A stretch of DNA of 64,000 bases, taken from the IMG/VR virus record IMGVR_UViG_3300023110_002336, positions 1 to 64,000 of that record. The stretch is one strand, 5' to 3'. This document shows positions 36,347 to 46,334 of the stretch, piece after piece. A program made the translations under genes and the position numbers. Position 1 is the first letter of the stretch. Every line of letters begins with the position of its first letter. The notes beneath the pieces were generated by a model. It was given only the letters and a program-made list of their open reading frames with translations. It searched no databases and was not told where the DNA came from. Source of the stretch: a virus.

Positions 36347-37754
36347 AATCTTCTACTCTGAATAGGAATTTCTGGTCTTGCTCAAGCCAGCTTTGGCGTT
36401 GAGAGTCATAGAACGCAAGCTTGATGCCATACTCATAGCCGGGCTCAAGCAAGGACATATCAAGGTTGAAATAATTTCCTGAGACATCGTAAGAAAGGAG
36501 TGTTTGAAGTTCTGATCCTGTGCCGTGTGGAATAGCATTGTAACCATCTAAGACTCTATAAACTCTGTATGATGCGCTAGGAATAATAGTATTTTCTATT
36601 TCACTTGACGCTACTGTGTAAATAGTTGGGGACCAGTTTTTGCTTCGGACATAAACGTTGAAGCGTGCTTCCTCTTCAGAGAAGTATTTGTTTCTAAGAT
36701 TCTTGATCTTTGTGATGTAACGGTTGTTACCAGTTGATACAGCAGCAGCACCGAAGGTTTGAGGAGAAATTGTTCCCGTAAAGTATTCAGTGCCCTCAGA
36801 ATACCAAACATCACGTAAGGTTGTGTAGGTTCCTGTGATACAAACTGAGCAAGAGTATATGCCTGTTGACACATAGCCGCCTGTTGCTGGTGTGTTGATT
36901 TCTTGCGTTAATGCGGTGCCGCCGAGGGTCTGGTAAAGATCGACGTAGATTTCTCCTGTGCCAATCGCTGGGATGTTGGTCAATTGGCCACGAACGTAGT
37001 TGTAAAGATAGAGTGTGTTGAGGTTGTCTGCTGCTGGTGCGAGAGAAGAAGACATGTAGAAGTCGCCTCTATCATCTTGTGTTGAAGAGTTCCAACGAGC
37101 TTCGATTACAGGCTTCTTGAAGAAGTATTGTGTGCCTCTCGCAAAGAAGCGCTTGGTGTAATACGATGTTGTGTCGCTTTCTACTGAGGAAGTAAGTCTT
37201 ATACCGATACCATAGTTGTCTTTTGTGCCATCGATCCATTGTTCAACAAGATCAGAAATGTCTATTTCTAAATCCTCCAAACCGCTATCAAAAGTCTGAG
37301 TAAACACAGGAGTTTCATGATAATCACCACCAGCCGAACTCCATGCAGTGGTAGTAGATGCTGAAACCCAGTTTGATTTACCAATGTCTTTGTAGTTCTC
37401 CAAATCTAAACCATCGCCCTCATTCCAAGCTCTTGAAATTGCTTGTGCTACTACTGTGAAGTTTTTTGGGACAGTCTGAGAAGTTTCAGCATTGTATAGA
37501 CGCAAGTAAAAACTCACACTGCCAGAAGCAGGAATTACACCGGCTGTTCTATCTGAAGATATTGTAGATACGCTGAATTGGGTAAGAACGCGAGAGAGTT
37601 CCGAAGAAGTCAAAGAAGCGCGTCCATAAATTGAAAAAACTTCACTAACATCTGCCTGACCCATGTTTGAGCCAGTTGCTCTTACTCCTAGCCCATCTTT
37701 GAAGGCATTTGTAATTGTATTATCGGCACTTGCCACATAACGTCTAATAGCCAT
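36336..37754 (-). CDS. DNRLRE/CBM96-like domain virion protein
   Basis: LRLY...AWNEG...NW...WSSAGGDY...EIDISDLVEQW...NYGIGIR...KPVIEARW pattern. Confidence 0.6.
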   Translation of the reverse strand: MAIRRYVASADNTITNAFKDGLGVRATGSNMGQADVSEVFSIYGRASLTSSELSRVLTQFSVSTISSDRTAGVIPASGSVSFYLRLYNAETSQTVPKNFTVVAQAISRAWNEGDGLDLENYKDIGKSNWVSASTTTAWSSAGGDYHETPVFTQTFDSGLEDLEIDISDLVEQWIDGTKDNYGIGIRLTSSVESDTTSYYTKRFFARGTQYFFKKPVIEARWNSSTQDDRGDFYMSSSLAPAADNLNTLYLYNYVRGQLTNIPAIGTGEIYVDLYQTLGGTALTQEINTPATGGYVSTGIYSCSVCITGTYTTLRDVWYSEGTEYFTGTISPQTFGAAAVSTGNNRYITKIKNLRNKYFSEEEARFNVYVRSKNWSPTIYTVASSEIENTIIPSASYRVYRVLDGYNAIPHGTGSELQTLLSYDVSGNYFNLDMSLLEPGYEYGIKLAFYDSQRQSWLEQDQKFLFRVEDYEY

Positions 37755-39550
37755 TATCTTAACTTACCTTTGATGTCTACTTGGGGAAACTTAATTTCAA
37801 ATATTGCATTCTTTGGGCAAACCAAAGAATCTCCATCTGGTGACATATTTTCTGCTATTGAGAAAAATACGTTAGAATAATTTGATGATGTTTTATTTAC
37901 AAACTGAACTTTAACAACATCATTAACACCGGGCACGTTGTTCAAGACATTGAAAATTTTTGAGACTGAAAGAGGCTCGCCTACAAAGAGTGGTGTTGAA
38001 AACTCATTTGCTAATGCAGCTACACAGTTATTTAGGACATCAAATTTATTTGCATTCATCTCTGGTTTAATCACAAAATTAATTCCAAGATTGATGATAA
38101 ATGTGTCAAGAACATCAACTGTATCATTAATCATCCGATAATGATTAAGCCAAGTTTTTATATTTTCTTTAATTGTGTTATTTGTCTGTTCGAGTTTGCC
38201 TTCTGGATTTTCTGATATGACATACACATTAAGATTTCTTTTTTGTGAATCTGGATCCTTTTGAACTGAGCAACGCTTAATCGACCCAAAGCTAGATGGC
38301 ATTCTATAAACTAGATTTTCATAATCTCTTTGAGTTACGGCTCTGTTCTGAGTTGGAAATGTGTCATAAATTCTTTGTTTTATTTCTGCCGAACTGGGAT
38401 TGGATACGTTTCCGGCAATTGGTGTTTCGTTATTTACTTCAAGGGAGGATCTAACTGATTGCACAACTGGTGCCGAAAGCACCGAAACATCTTCAAACTC
38501 TAGTATCCTGTTCCCTACTGTGTTAATTGAATTTGCTGCAACATTGGCGTTTGTTGGATTTGTTTGTCTATACAAAATTGTCAATGTTGTGTTTTGTGGA
38601 ACTATACCATAATATTTATTTGATACTAGAGTGCTAGGATCAAAAGAAGTGTCTGTAACGTAAGACTTGCCAAATACATCTATAGCAAGACTTTGCGGCT
38701 CTGCCACAACATCACCTGCGTATTCGTCCCCGCTACCAAACTGTAAAGAGACACCGTTGTTATCAAAAACAGTTACAAACTTTCGATTGACAAGAAGTGG
38801 CTTTAAGACAGATGGCACATTATCATTTTTATAATTTTTATTTGTTAGTTTTTTAAATATCGTATCTTGAGAAAGATTTTCAACTTCAAAGTATTCATTA
38901 CCGTCTGAATCTAAAACACTGATTATTTCTGATACATTTAACTCTGATAACTGAACCCTTCTAAACCTCTGAAACGCACCAATTTCTACCGTCTCAGTGT
39001 TGAAAAACCCAGATACCACTTTTCCATATGACTTAATGGCGTAAAAAGTTGGAGCGCCTGTAGTTGGCTCTGTTCTAGCTACCACTATTGGGTTCGTGGT
39101 TTTTGCCATGTCTACATCATCAGTCAAAACAAATCCTAAGCCATTTGCAGAAGAAAAAGTTGTGCCTCGCTTTATGATTGGTATATATCTGTTGTCCGGA
39201 CCTATACCACTTGTTGAGGCTGGGACTAGAACATAGATAGCAACCGTACCGTATGTCGAAGGGCGTCCTGAGTTTTTGTATCCCATTATTCTGCCATGGC
39301 GAATAATGTTGTTTAACTGATAGGAGGTATCTAGAAATGACTCATTAACATTGTAATCTAGATAAAAAGAAAGCTGGTCACCAACATAAGCAACTGCATC
39401 CAGCATCATAGAGCCGAAAGAAGCCTCGCTAAAATCTTGAAATGTATCGGGATAGAATCGTTCTGCTATCTGATTCAAATCCTCTCTAATGCTCCCATAA
39501 TCTCTATTAGTATAGTTTATAGAGGGCGTTTTGTTGTTATGCTTTGGCAT
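37754..39550 (-). CDS. Baseplate wedge subunit (T4 gp6/J-like)
   Basis: INYTNRDYGSIREDL...DFSEASFGSMMLDAVAYVGDQLSFYLD...LQFGSG...QNRAVTQRDY. Confidence 0.9.
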   Translation of the reverse strand: MPKHNNKTPSINYTNRDYGSIREDLNQIAERFYPDTFQDFSEASFGSMMLDAVAYVGDQLSFYLDYNVNESFLDTSYQLNNIIRHGRIMGYKNSGRPSTYGTVAIYVLVPASTSGIGPDNRYIPIIKRGTTFSSANGLGFVLTDDVDMAKTTNPIVVARTEPTTGAPTFYAIKSYGKVVSGFFNTETVEIGAFQRFRRVQLSELNVSEIISVLDSDGNEYFEVENLSQDTIFKKLTNKNYKNDNVPSVLKPLLVNRKFVTVFDNNGVSLQFGSGDEYAGDVVAEPQSLAIDVFGKSYVTDTSFDPSTLVSNKYYGIVPQNTTLTILYRQTNPTNANVAANSINTVGNRILEFEDVSVLSAPVVQSVRSSLEVNNETPIAGNVSNPSSAEIKQRIYDTFPTQNRAVTQRDYENLVYRMPSSFGSIKRCSVQKDPDSQKRNLNVYVISENPEGKLEQTNNTIKENIKTWLNHYRMINDTVDVLDTFIINLGINFVIKPEMNANKFDVLNNCVAALANEFSTPLFVGEPLSVSKIFNVLNNVPGVNDVVKVQFVNKTSSNYSNVFFSIAENMSPDGDSLVCPKNAIFEIKFPQVDIKGKLR

Positions 39551-39565
39551 TCAGTTTACCTCAAC

Positions 39566-39934
39566 TTAAATAGTGAACTCCAGCAAATCTCTTGCAGCGA
39601 TGTCAGGTATAATATATTCTATTCTTAAGCCCAGACTGTTGTTTTCTATTTCCGCTACACCAAACTCAATGCTTGTTATCTCAATAACTGGTAAATATCT
39701 CTGTGTCTGATCTTTGATTCTTGAGTCTATTCTTGCGTAAACATCACTTTGAAAATTCTCGAATAAAAATAATTTTATTCCTACACCAAATTCTGGATCC
39801 ATTACTCTCTCACCGGGATTTGTCAAAATTAACATTTTGAAATTTTGTTTAATAAGAGTTTTTAAAGTTTTTATCGATGTATAGCCATCTCCAGAATCCA
39901 AAGTAAGTGGAAGTTTAGGTGCCAAAGAAGCCAT
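39566..39934 (-). CDS. Baseplate gp25/GpW-like protein
   Basis: LILTNPGERVMDPEFGVGI...YLPVIEI. Confidence 0.92.
   Translation of the reverse strand: MASLAPKLPLTLDSGDGYTSIKTLKTLIKQNFKMLILTNPGERVMDPEFGVGIKLFLFENFQSDVYARIDSRIKDQTQRYLPVIEITSIEFGVAEIENNSLGLRIEYIIPDIAARDLLEFTI
39567..39574 (-). promoter_or_regulatory. Candidate late-promoter element ACTATTTA overlapping the gp25 stop codon
   Basis: ACTATTTAA-GTTGAGGTAAACTGA-ATG upstream of the gp6-like gene. Confidence 0.5.
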
Positions 39935-39952
39935 TAATTGTCCCTCACTTTA

Positions 39953-39960
39953 TAATTAGT
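39953..39960 (-). promoter_or_regulatory. Candidate late-promoter element ACTAATTA overlapping a stop codon
   Basis: GACTAATTATAAAGTGAGGGACAATTAATG upstream of gp25. Confidence 0.5.
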
Positions 39961-42900
39961 CATCTTCTTTTCTCTCGCATAGTTGACCCTTGGCGTTAAA
40001 TGGGTTACTGGTGCGACGATGCCACCAAGGCACAGTTCTCGCACCGGGAGCAAACTTAAATTTTTCTTTTAGATTTTGTATAGCGACCTGAGCACCAGTG
40101 GCATCTGGCTTCTCTTGCTTACCAAATTCTCTAGAATAATAATATGATTTAAACATCTTCTTGAGGACAGTATCTGATTTTCGTAATGTCTCTTTTGACC
40201 ACTCGTCCCAAGTAAGAACAAACGGACTGAAACCTCCGCGCTCAGCCCTTGGTAACCAGCCGGGAGCACTTACAGAAGTTGTACCATCTTCTTCAACAGC
40301 CATACCCGGCTTATTAGTATTAGATGCAGTTCCATCACCAATTTCCCCACTCTTTTTGGCTCCACTGGTAAGTTCTCCAATAGAATTTAGATATGACACA
40401 TCGTTGTAAATTGCAATTGCAGATAGAATCTGCTTGACTGGAATTGCATATTCCATAAATAATTTGTAATTTGGGTCGTCTATTAACTTGTTGATTAGGC
40501 AGAGCAGTTCTTTGCTGTTACCCTCAAGTCCTTTGAGCAAGTTCAGAGGCAAGTCTAGTACATCAATTTCAGCAGTTGCTATCACGTCGCCAGAAGTAGT
40601 TGAGAACTCCAAACCATAGCGTAGACCAAGTTCACCTTGAAGACCAACGATAGGTCTACCGGGCGCATCAGGATCAAGTGCTACGCTTCCTTCTCTTGTC
40701 TTCTGTCCGTCATAGACATACTGAAGAGTACCGGGATAAACTTCGGATACTAATCTATCTCCACCATCATTTCTTATTTGTTTTATAAGTTCGGTAGAAT
40801 ATTCTTCTGGTGCTCCAAGATTCCTTCTAATGTACTTTCTGATCTTGAACGGAGCAGTTGGATCTCCACTTGCGCCGTCTATATCTCCAATTGGAACTAT
40901 CACCTTGTTTGCGAATGGTCTCAAAAGCCTATCGTCGTCGCCGTGCTCTTCACCAACCATAAAGACCAGATCGCCTTCATCATCTTCCATAGCGTGGTAG
41001 TATCCAACGTATGGCGTTCCATCTTCTAGAGCAAACTCGTCGCCGTCTGTGTAATCTGATTGACCAGCCGTGATTGGGGAAGCAACTTCTTCTCTCAATT
41101 CTTGATTCAGTTTTAACTGTGAGCCATATGTTAGTTCTGTCAATATATGATAGTGGATGTTAGTCACATAGTTATTCTTATCTATGAATTTTTCTTCAAC
41201 CATGTTCTTATAAAATACGTTTGAAATAAAATTGACTTCTTCAATCATAAACTCTTTTAGTATTATTTTACAATCATCTTCTACAGATTTAACAGCAGCA
41301 AGATTTTCGTCTTCTCTATACTGTGTAAGACCTTGGAGTAATGGTGCTTCTCCAAGTTTTTTAGCGTTCTTTAGATCTTTGCGATTAGGATACTTGTATC
41401 TGTTCTGGGCAGCAGCGATTCTCTCTAAAGCACTCTCAACATCTGTTGGTATATCTATAATTGAACCAGACTGTATTTTATTGAAATACGTTTGAACAGC
41501 TTGCTCCAAGAATGCATACCAAAATTCATCGTCTTTGAAAGGATTGAAAAGCTCAGCCAATTGACCTTGAGAGTCTTTCATATTCTTTTCCATATCCTCA
41601 AGAATAAAGGAGGCGTAAACTGAACTCAAAGTTGTATTAAAATCTGGTTTGAACATTGCAAAAGTATTGATTGTCTTAAGAAAGTGCATTGAAGCATAAA
41701 TTCTACAAGCAGCGGAAATAGCTCCCTCAATACCAGCCTTTGATGATCGTCCAAGCACACGGTCAAAGGGTCTTTCTACAATACAATCAGGGTCGCCTGC
41801 TAATCTCGGATCATCAGGATAATTGTTGTAACTTGTTGAGATCTTTGATGCTATGTCTCCAAAATCTACAAGATCTGTTCTGTATGGTTTACAAGGACTT
41901 AATTCAGGGAACATAACATTCACAAGACCCAATATTCCTTCTGCATCAACTGGTTTAACGTATACTTTTGGATTGGTGTATGTTCCACCAAATTGTGCCG
42001 GGTCGAGATAAAATACCCTCGCATTATCTCCATTTTCATACTGGTCTCGACTCAAGCCCATTACTCCATCAGAATTTCTTAATGGCTGCTCGATGCCGTC
42101 TTCATCTGTAAATGTTGCCTCCGAATATGGTTTAAAGACTCCGTCTTGCTCAACACCGTATTCTGCCAACTCTGAAGTTAAAGAGTCTGGCTTGGCACCG
42201 TAGAGGAAAGAGGGATTATCGTTTGTGAATACTCTATTTCCAAAATTAGAAGCCAAGGTTTGGATTGTGTTTTGCCAATATGACCTCGCGGCGGGAGTGC
42301 CTATGTCAAGGATATCTGAAACCATTAGAACCAATGGAGATTCATCTGATAGAGTTTGGAATGAAGCCTCAAAATTTGCAAATTTATTTCTATCTCCAGA
42401 CATTCTACGAGCAGACTGTAAGAGTTCATCGATTCCAGAATCAATGCCAATAAATTCATAATTTTGATTCTCAATAATCGCGCTATCGGCTACGGGCTTG
42501 GCAGGTGCGGTCTCAGAGCCTTTAGAATTTTGATTATTAATAGTATCTGCAACATCTGCCGATAAATTGCCATAGTTCAGCAATTGAGTAATTTTTACTC
42601 TCACATTACTATTTTTTATATTTATGCCATTACGAACTTCGCCAAAATAGAACTCGAATCTATCACCAATGCCCATTGAGTCTACAGTTCCATCAGAATT
42701 ACCGTTACCTGCTCGATTGTCACGATAGGTCATTGTAAGTTCTGGAATTGCTTTACGACGACGAGTAATAATGTTATAGCCATCCTCAACTGGTTCTATT
42801 CCTATGTTATATCCAAAATCTGGTAGTGCCGTTATATCATCTTTGCTTTCTACAAATTTTGTCTTTTTAGTTGTGATAGCGTTTGTTGGTTCATTTACGG

Positions 42901-45900
42901 TTAATTCTCCAGAGTTTATGCCCCAATAGGTGTTCTGCCACTCTCCAACATAAACCGGGAAAGCACCTCTTTGGCGCGCGGTCTTTGCATAATTAACGTC
43001 TTCGTCTCCGTCTGAACTGTCCTTATTATCAACATAGAAATCAACATATTTCTTAGCACCAAATATGGCGAACCTATTAACAAGTCTGGCATGGTTAGTA
43101 AAAGGTCTTGCCATCGTGTCACAAAGAATCATATTGACGTAACCCCAGTTCTTTTCTCCGGGTCCGTTACCTAGCATGTCATACGAATAGGCTATTTTCA
43201 AATTATCTAAGTCTGCGGACAAGCCTGCTGATGCAGCTTGCTGTAATTCTTCCGGCTCATATGGAAACAGCCCATTGTTACAACCGGGATCAGACAATAG
43301 CGGCGGAAGGTTATTCATAATTGTGGCTGGAATGCCATCTTGTAATACGTTATTAAGGGTCTCAAAATCATCTGTAGGACGAGTACAGAGAGTTGCAATC
43401 TGCTCGTCGGATGCTCTTCCTGCAAGGATTTCTGCACGTAGTGAACAGAACTCTTCTATTTGATCTGGAGTTGCACATAACGTGGGATTAGCCGGAAGAT
43501 CAAGATTTTCATAAGTTTGATTTGCTATGTTATCCAATTCATCTTTGACTTCTGACGGCAAAAGATTGCCGAAATTGGTAAAGAAAGAGCCAATCGCACT
43601 TCTATTTGGCATAGCCTCTCTGAAATCTGGGAACTGGACTTCTATAATTGTGTCAACTATGGATAGGAATTCTTGTGATGGGTTACCAAGTGAAGCATCA
43701 ATAATTTCTTGTCTTGTTGATGATGAAGCAATCGCCTCGTTAAGCTCTAGAACTCTATCTTTATTTGCAAGGTTGGCACCAGCACCACCAAGTGTCTCAA
43801 ACATGGAAGCAATAGAATTGTCTACATCTTCATCCGAAGCATTGGGTCCACATATAGATTCTCTTACAATATCTCTAATCGTTGTATTACCTGTAACCAA
43901 TCCCGGTAGGCTTCCAATAATGTTGCCTGCTGTTTCAAGTGCTTTACAGATTGCCTCACCAAGAATCTCACAAATCTTAACCATTAACTTGATTAATATC
44001 TCTAGAACTGCTTGAATAATTGCTTCTTTGATAGCCTCAACTATTCTTTTAATAATTTCTGCAAAATTTATCTTTGGAATAAATAACTTTGGCAAAGCAA
44101 TATCGCCTATGTTTCGACAGAATGGAAGCTCGACATCCTTTAGGAAGTCCATTATACTCGGAGTGAATAGAGGCGGACGAGGACAATCAGCCACAGCAAG
44201 AATCTTACTGATAATTTCTGCACCGGGAAATTCATTTAGCTTATCTACAAGATCTAACAATCTTCCTGAATAGTACTCAATCAATGCCAAAATGTATGCT
44301 TCCATTATGGAGTCAGCAGAGAATGTCTGTTCTGCTCTTTTTGCTACACTATTGATGGCATCTGCAGCGGGAGTTTGATTGCCGGATATTTGTTGCGGAT
44401 TATCATATTCGGTTCCCAGCCTCGGGCGATGACCAAAGTTACTGCTCTGAGCTTCGTAAACACCTGTAGACACAGTTGTTCCCTCATAAGGACCGGGAGT
44501 GCGAGAGGCTCTTTCTTGTTCAAGCAAAACTGGATCTTCAAAGGGTTTTACAAAATTTACATCACCAAACACGCTTGCATCTGCATCAACAGAATTTCTT
44601 TCTTGATCTTGTGCTGCTGTTTGTCTTGTTCCAGCAGATTGTTTTGCCTCTGCCAATTTTCTCTTGACTAAGGCATCTAGTTCAGCTTGCTCTTCTGGTG
44701 GTAGCCCAGCAAAAAGGATACCAAAATTTTCTATACCCATTGCCTTTAGGGCACTTGTCAAAGCAATTGTGAGGGCTTCTTCTAATTCCAAGCCTCCCCA
44801 CAAACAGCCAAGAGCGTCAAGCAAGAAATCAAGAAGACCACAAAGTTTCATTCTATCAAAAGAACTATCCCATAAATCTCTCGCCGCAAACTTGCCACCT
44901 AAGCCTGACGCTCCTATGAGCATTTCAGCACATAACTGAACAAACACATTTGGGTTTGTTTGTAGTTTTTCAAATGCCTGTTGGGTAGCCATTGCTTTCA
45001 CAGCATTTCTACTACCCTTACTGAAAATTGATTCCTTGCCTTTTTTCTTGCTTCCAAAAATGACAAGTTCCTCTACTGGCTTGTATCTTTCACCAAACTG
45101 ATCAACTAGATCCTGCTGTTCTTCGTCATCTCTACACAATTGCTTGTGGAACTGGTATGCCAAAATGTCGCCAATACCCAAGACATCATTAACCAGTTCT
45201 TGACCAAGACCCTGTATGTTTTCTCTGATCTTATCAGCAACACAACTAGAATCGCCCTCTACTATCTCTTCTGCGTCTAGAAAAGCAACAGTAGGGTATG
45301 TGTAATCTTGAATAAAATCAACAAAGTTTTTTGGATTACGTGCCGTGAGATCTCTTTCCATATCAGCTAATTGTGCGAAGTAAGCCATCGCTGTACGATC
45401 TTTGAATACATCGACCCTATTGAGCGCTGATAATTTATTTCCTTTGAAAACTTTTGGCTTTTCTCTACAGCCTAGCGAGAAGACTGATAACTTCCTTAGT
45501 TTAAAGTTTTTAGTAAATCCAAGTTTTAATTTTATAACTCTGTCTTTGCCAAAACCAAAACTACCTGCACCAACAATGTTGAATCCTCTACGATTCAAGA
45601 ACTTATCCAACTCAATTAGGACTCTAGCCATCTCGCTGCTTCTGCCAAATCCAGAGTCACCATATTTATCAATATTAAAAACTGAACGGGTTTCGTCAAA
45701 CACAAGGCTTGCGCCTTTCATGACTGATTCTACTTTGACATACCTAGAGTAAAGATTGATTCCTTTACGAACTCTTGTAAGCAAGACCGGCAACTCTGAG
45801 GCTAGGTAAGTAACCTCTATCGGCTCTCTTTCATCATCCTCTTCGTCGTCATCGTCATCTGCTTCCTCTAAGCCCCCAATGGCATCAAAGGGCACTGAAT

Positions 45901-46312
45901 ACAACAGAGATAAAGTAGAGTTTGCTCTTGCTTCAAGATCAAAATCTTTGTCAGAATCATAAGTTATTGCTTCACGCAAAGCCTCTATGTTTTCAAAACT
46001 GACTGCCTTCTGGTATTCATCCAGAAACAATTCAATCGCTTCTTCTTTGTAGGTTTCAAACCTGTCTACAATGCCTTCATTACCACCAGTATCATTGTGC
46101 GAAGTTTTAACGCCAACTTGATATAAACAAAGTTTCTCATTGAGAAATGGTGTGTTTAGGCTTGTTTTCCAATTCTGGACTATTGCTTTTGGATTCGGTT
46201 TGCAATCGAGACATACTTTCTCGATTGGTCCGGGTAGATCTACTTCGCAATCATCAATTAGAAAATCGCCATTTTTATCCTGATAGCGCAGGAAAGGTGA
46301 AGGATTTGACAT
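39956..46312 (-). CDS. Giant acidic, Cys-containing hub/spike-associated protein of unknown function
   Basis: 2118 aa between the spike-like gene and gp25. N-terminal DKNGDFLID (Ca-binding-loop-like), long amphipathic helices, GTPYVGYYH motif. Confidence 0.7.
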   Translation of the reverse strand: MSNPSPFLRYQDKNGDFLIDDCEVDLPGPIEKVCLDCKPNPKAIVQNWKTSLNTPFLNEKLCLYQVGVKTSHNDTGGNEGIVDRFETYKEEAIELFLDEYQKAVSFENIEALREAITYDSDKDFDLEARANSTLSLLYSVPFDAIGGLEEADDDDDEEDDEREPIEVTYLASELPVLLTRVRKGINLYSRYVKVESVMKGASLVFDETRSVFNIDKYGDSGFGRSSEMARVLIELDKFLNRRGFNIVGAGSFGFGKDRVIKLKLGFTKNFKLRKLSVFSLGCREKPKVFKGNKLSALNRVDVFKDRTAMAYFAQLADMERDLTARNPKNFVDFIQDYTYPTVAFLDAEEIVEGDSSCVADKIRENIQGLGQELVNDVLGIGDILAYQFHKQLCRDDEEQQDLVDQFGERYKPVEELVIFGSKKKGKESIFSKGSRNAVKAMATQQAFEKLQTNPNVFVQLCAEMLIGASGLGGKFAARDLWDSSFDRMKLCGLLDFLLDALGCLWGGLELEEALTIALTSALKAMGIENFGILFAGLPPEEQAELDALVKRKLAEAKQSAGTRQTAAQDQERNSVDADASVFGDVNFVKPFEDPVLLEQERASRTPGPYEGTTVSTGVYEAQSSNFGHRPRLGTEYDNPQQISGNQTPAADAINSVAKRAEQTFSADSIMEAYILALIEYYSGRLLDLVDKLNEFPGAEIISKILAVADCPRPPLFTPSIMDFLKDVELPFCRNIGDIALPKLFIPKINFAEIIKRIVEAIKEAIIQAVLEILIKLMVKICEILGEAICKALETAGNIIGSLPGLVTGNTTIRDIVRESICGPNASDEDVDNSIASMFETLGGAGANLANKDRVLELNEAIASSSTRQEIIDASLGNPSQEFLSIVDTIIEVQFPDFREAMPNRSAIGSFFTNFGNLLPSEVKDELDNIANQTYENLDLPANPTLCATPDQIEEFCSLRAEILAGRASDEQIATLCTRPTDDFETLNNVLQDGIPATIMNNLPPLLSDPGCNNGLFPYEPEELQQAASAGLSADLDNLKIAYSYDMLGNGPGEKNWGYVNMILCDTMARPFTNHARLVNRFAIFGAKKYVDFYVDNKDSSDGDEDVNYAKTARQRGAFPVYVGEWQNTYWGINSGELTVNEPTNAITTKKTKFVESKDDITALPDFGYNIGIEPVEDGYNIITRRRKAIPELTMTYRDNRAGNGNSDGTVDSMGIGDRFEFYFGEVRNGINIKNSNVRVKITQLLNYGNLSADVADTINNQNSKGSETAPAKPVADSAIIENQNYEFIGIDSGIDELLQSARRMSGDRNKFANFEASFQTLSDESPLVLMVSDILDIGTPAARSYWQNTIQTLASNFGNRVFTNDNPSFLYGAKPDSLTSELAEYGVEQDGVFKPYSEATFTDEDGIEQPLRNSDGVMGLSRDQYENGDNARVFYLDPAQFGGTYTNPKVYVKPVDAEGILGLVNVMFPELSPCKPYRTDLVDFGDIASKISTSYNNYPDDPRLAGDPDCIVERPFDRVLGRSSKAGIEGAISAACRIYASMHFLKTINTFAMFKPDFNTTLSSVYASFILEDMEKNMKDSQGQLAELFNPFKDDEFWYAFLEQAVQTYFNKIQSGSIIDIPTDVESALERIAAAQNRYKYPNRKDLKNAKKLGEAPLLQGLTQYREDENLAAVKSVEDDCKIILKEFMIEEVNFISNVFYKNMVEEKFIDKNNYVTNIHYHILTELTYGSQLKLNQELREEVASPITAGQSDYTDGDEFALEDGTPYVGYYHAMEDDEGDLVFMVGEEHGDDDRLLRPFANKVIVPIGDIDGASGDPTAPFKIRKYIRRNLGAPEEYSTELIKQIRNDGGDRLVSEVYPGTLQYVYDGQKTREGSVALDPDAPGRPIVGLQGELGLRYGLEFSTTSGDVIATAEIDVLDLPLNLLKGLEGNSKELLCLINKLIDDPNYKLFMEYAIPVKQILSAIAIYNDVSYLNSIGELTSGAKKSGEIGDGTASNTNKPGMAVEEDGTTSVSAPGWLPRAERGGFSPFVLTWDEWSKETLRKSDTVLKKMFKSYYYSREFGKQEKPDATGAQVAIQNLKEKFKFAPGARTVPWWHRRTSNPFNAKGQLCERKEDD

Positions 46313-46326
46313 TTTATGCTCTCAAA

Positions 46327-46334
46327 TAATTAGG
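46327..46334 (-). promoter_or_regulatory. Candidate late-promoter element CCTAATTA overlapping a stop codon
   Basis: ACCTAATTATTTGAGAGCATAAAATG upstream of the 2118-aa gene. Confidence 0.45.
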
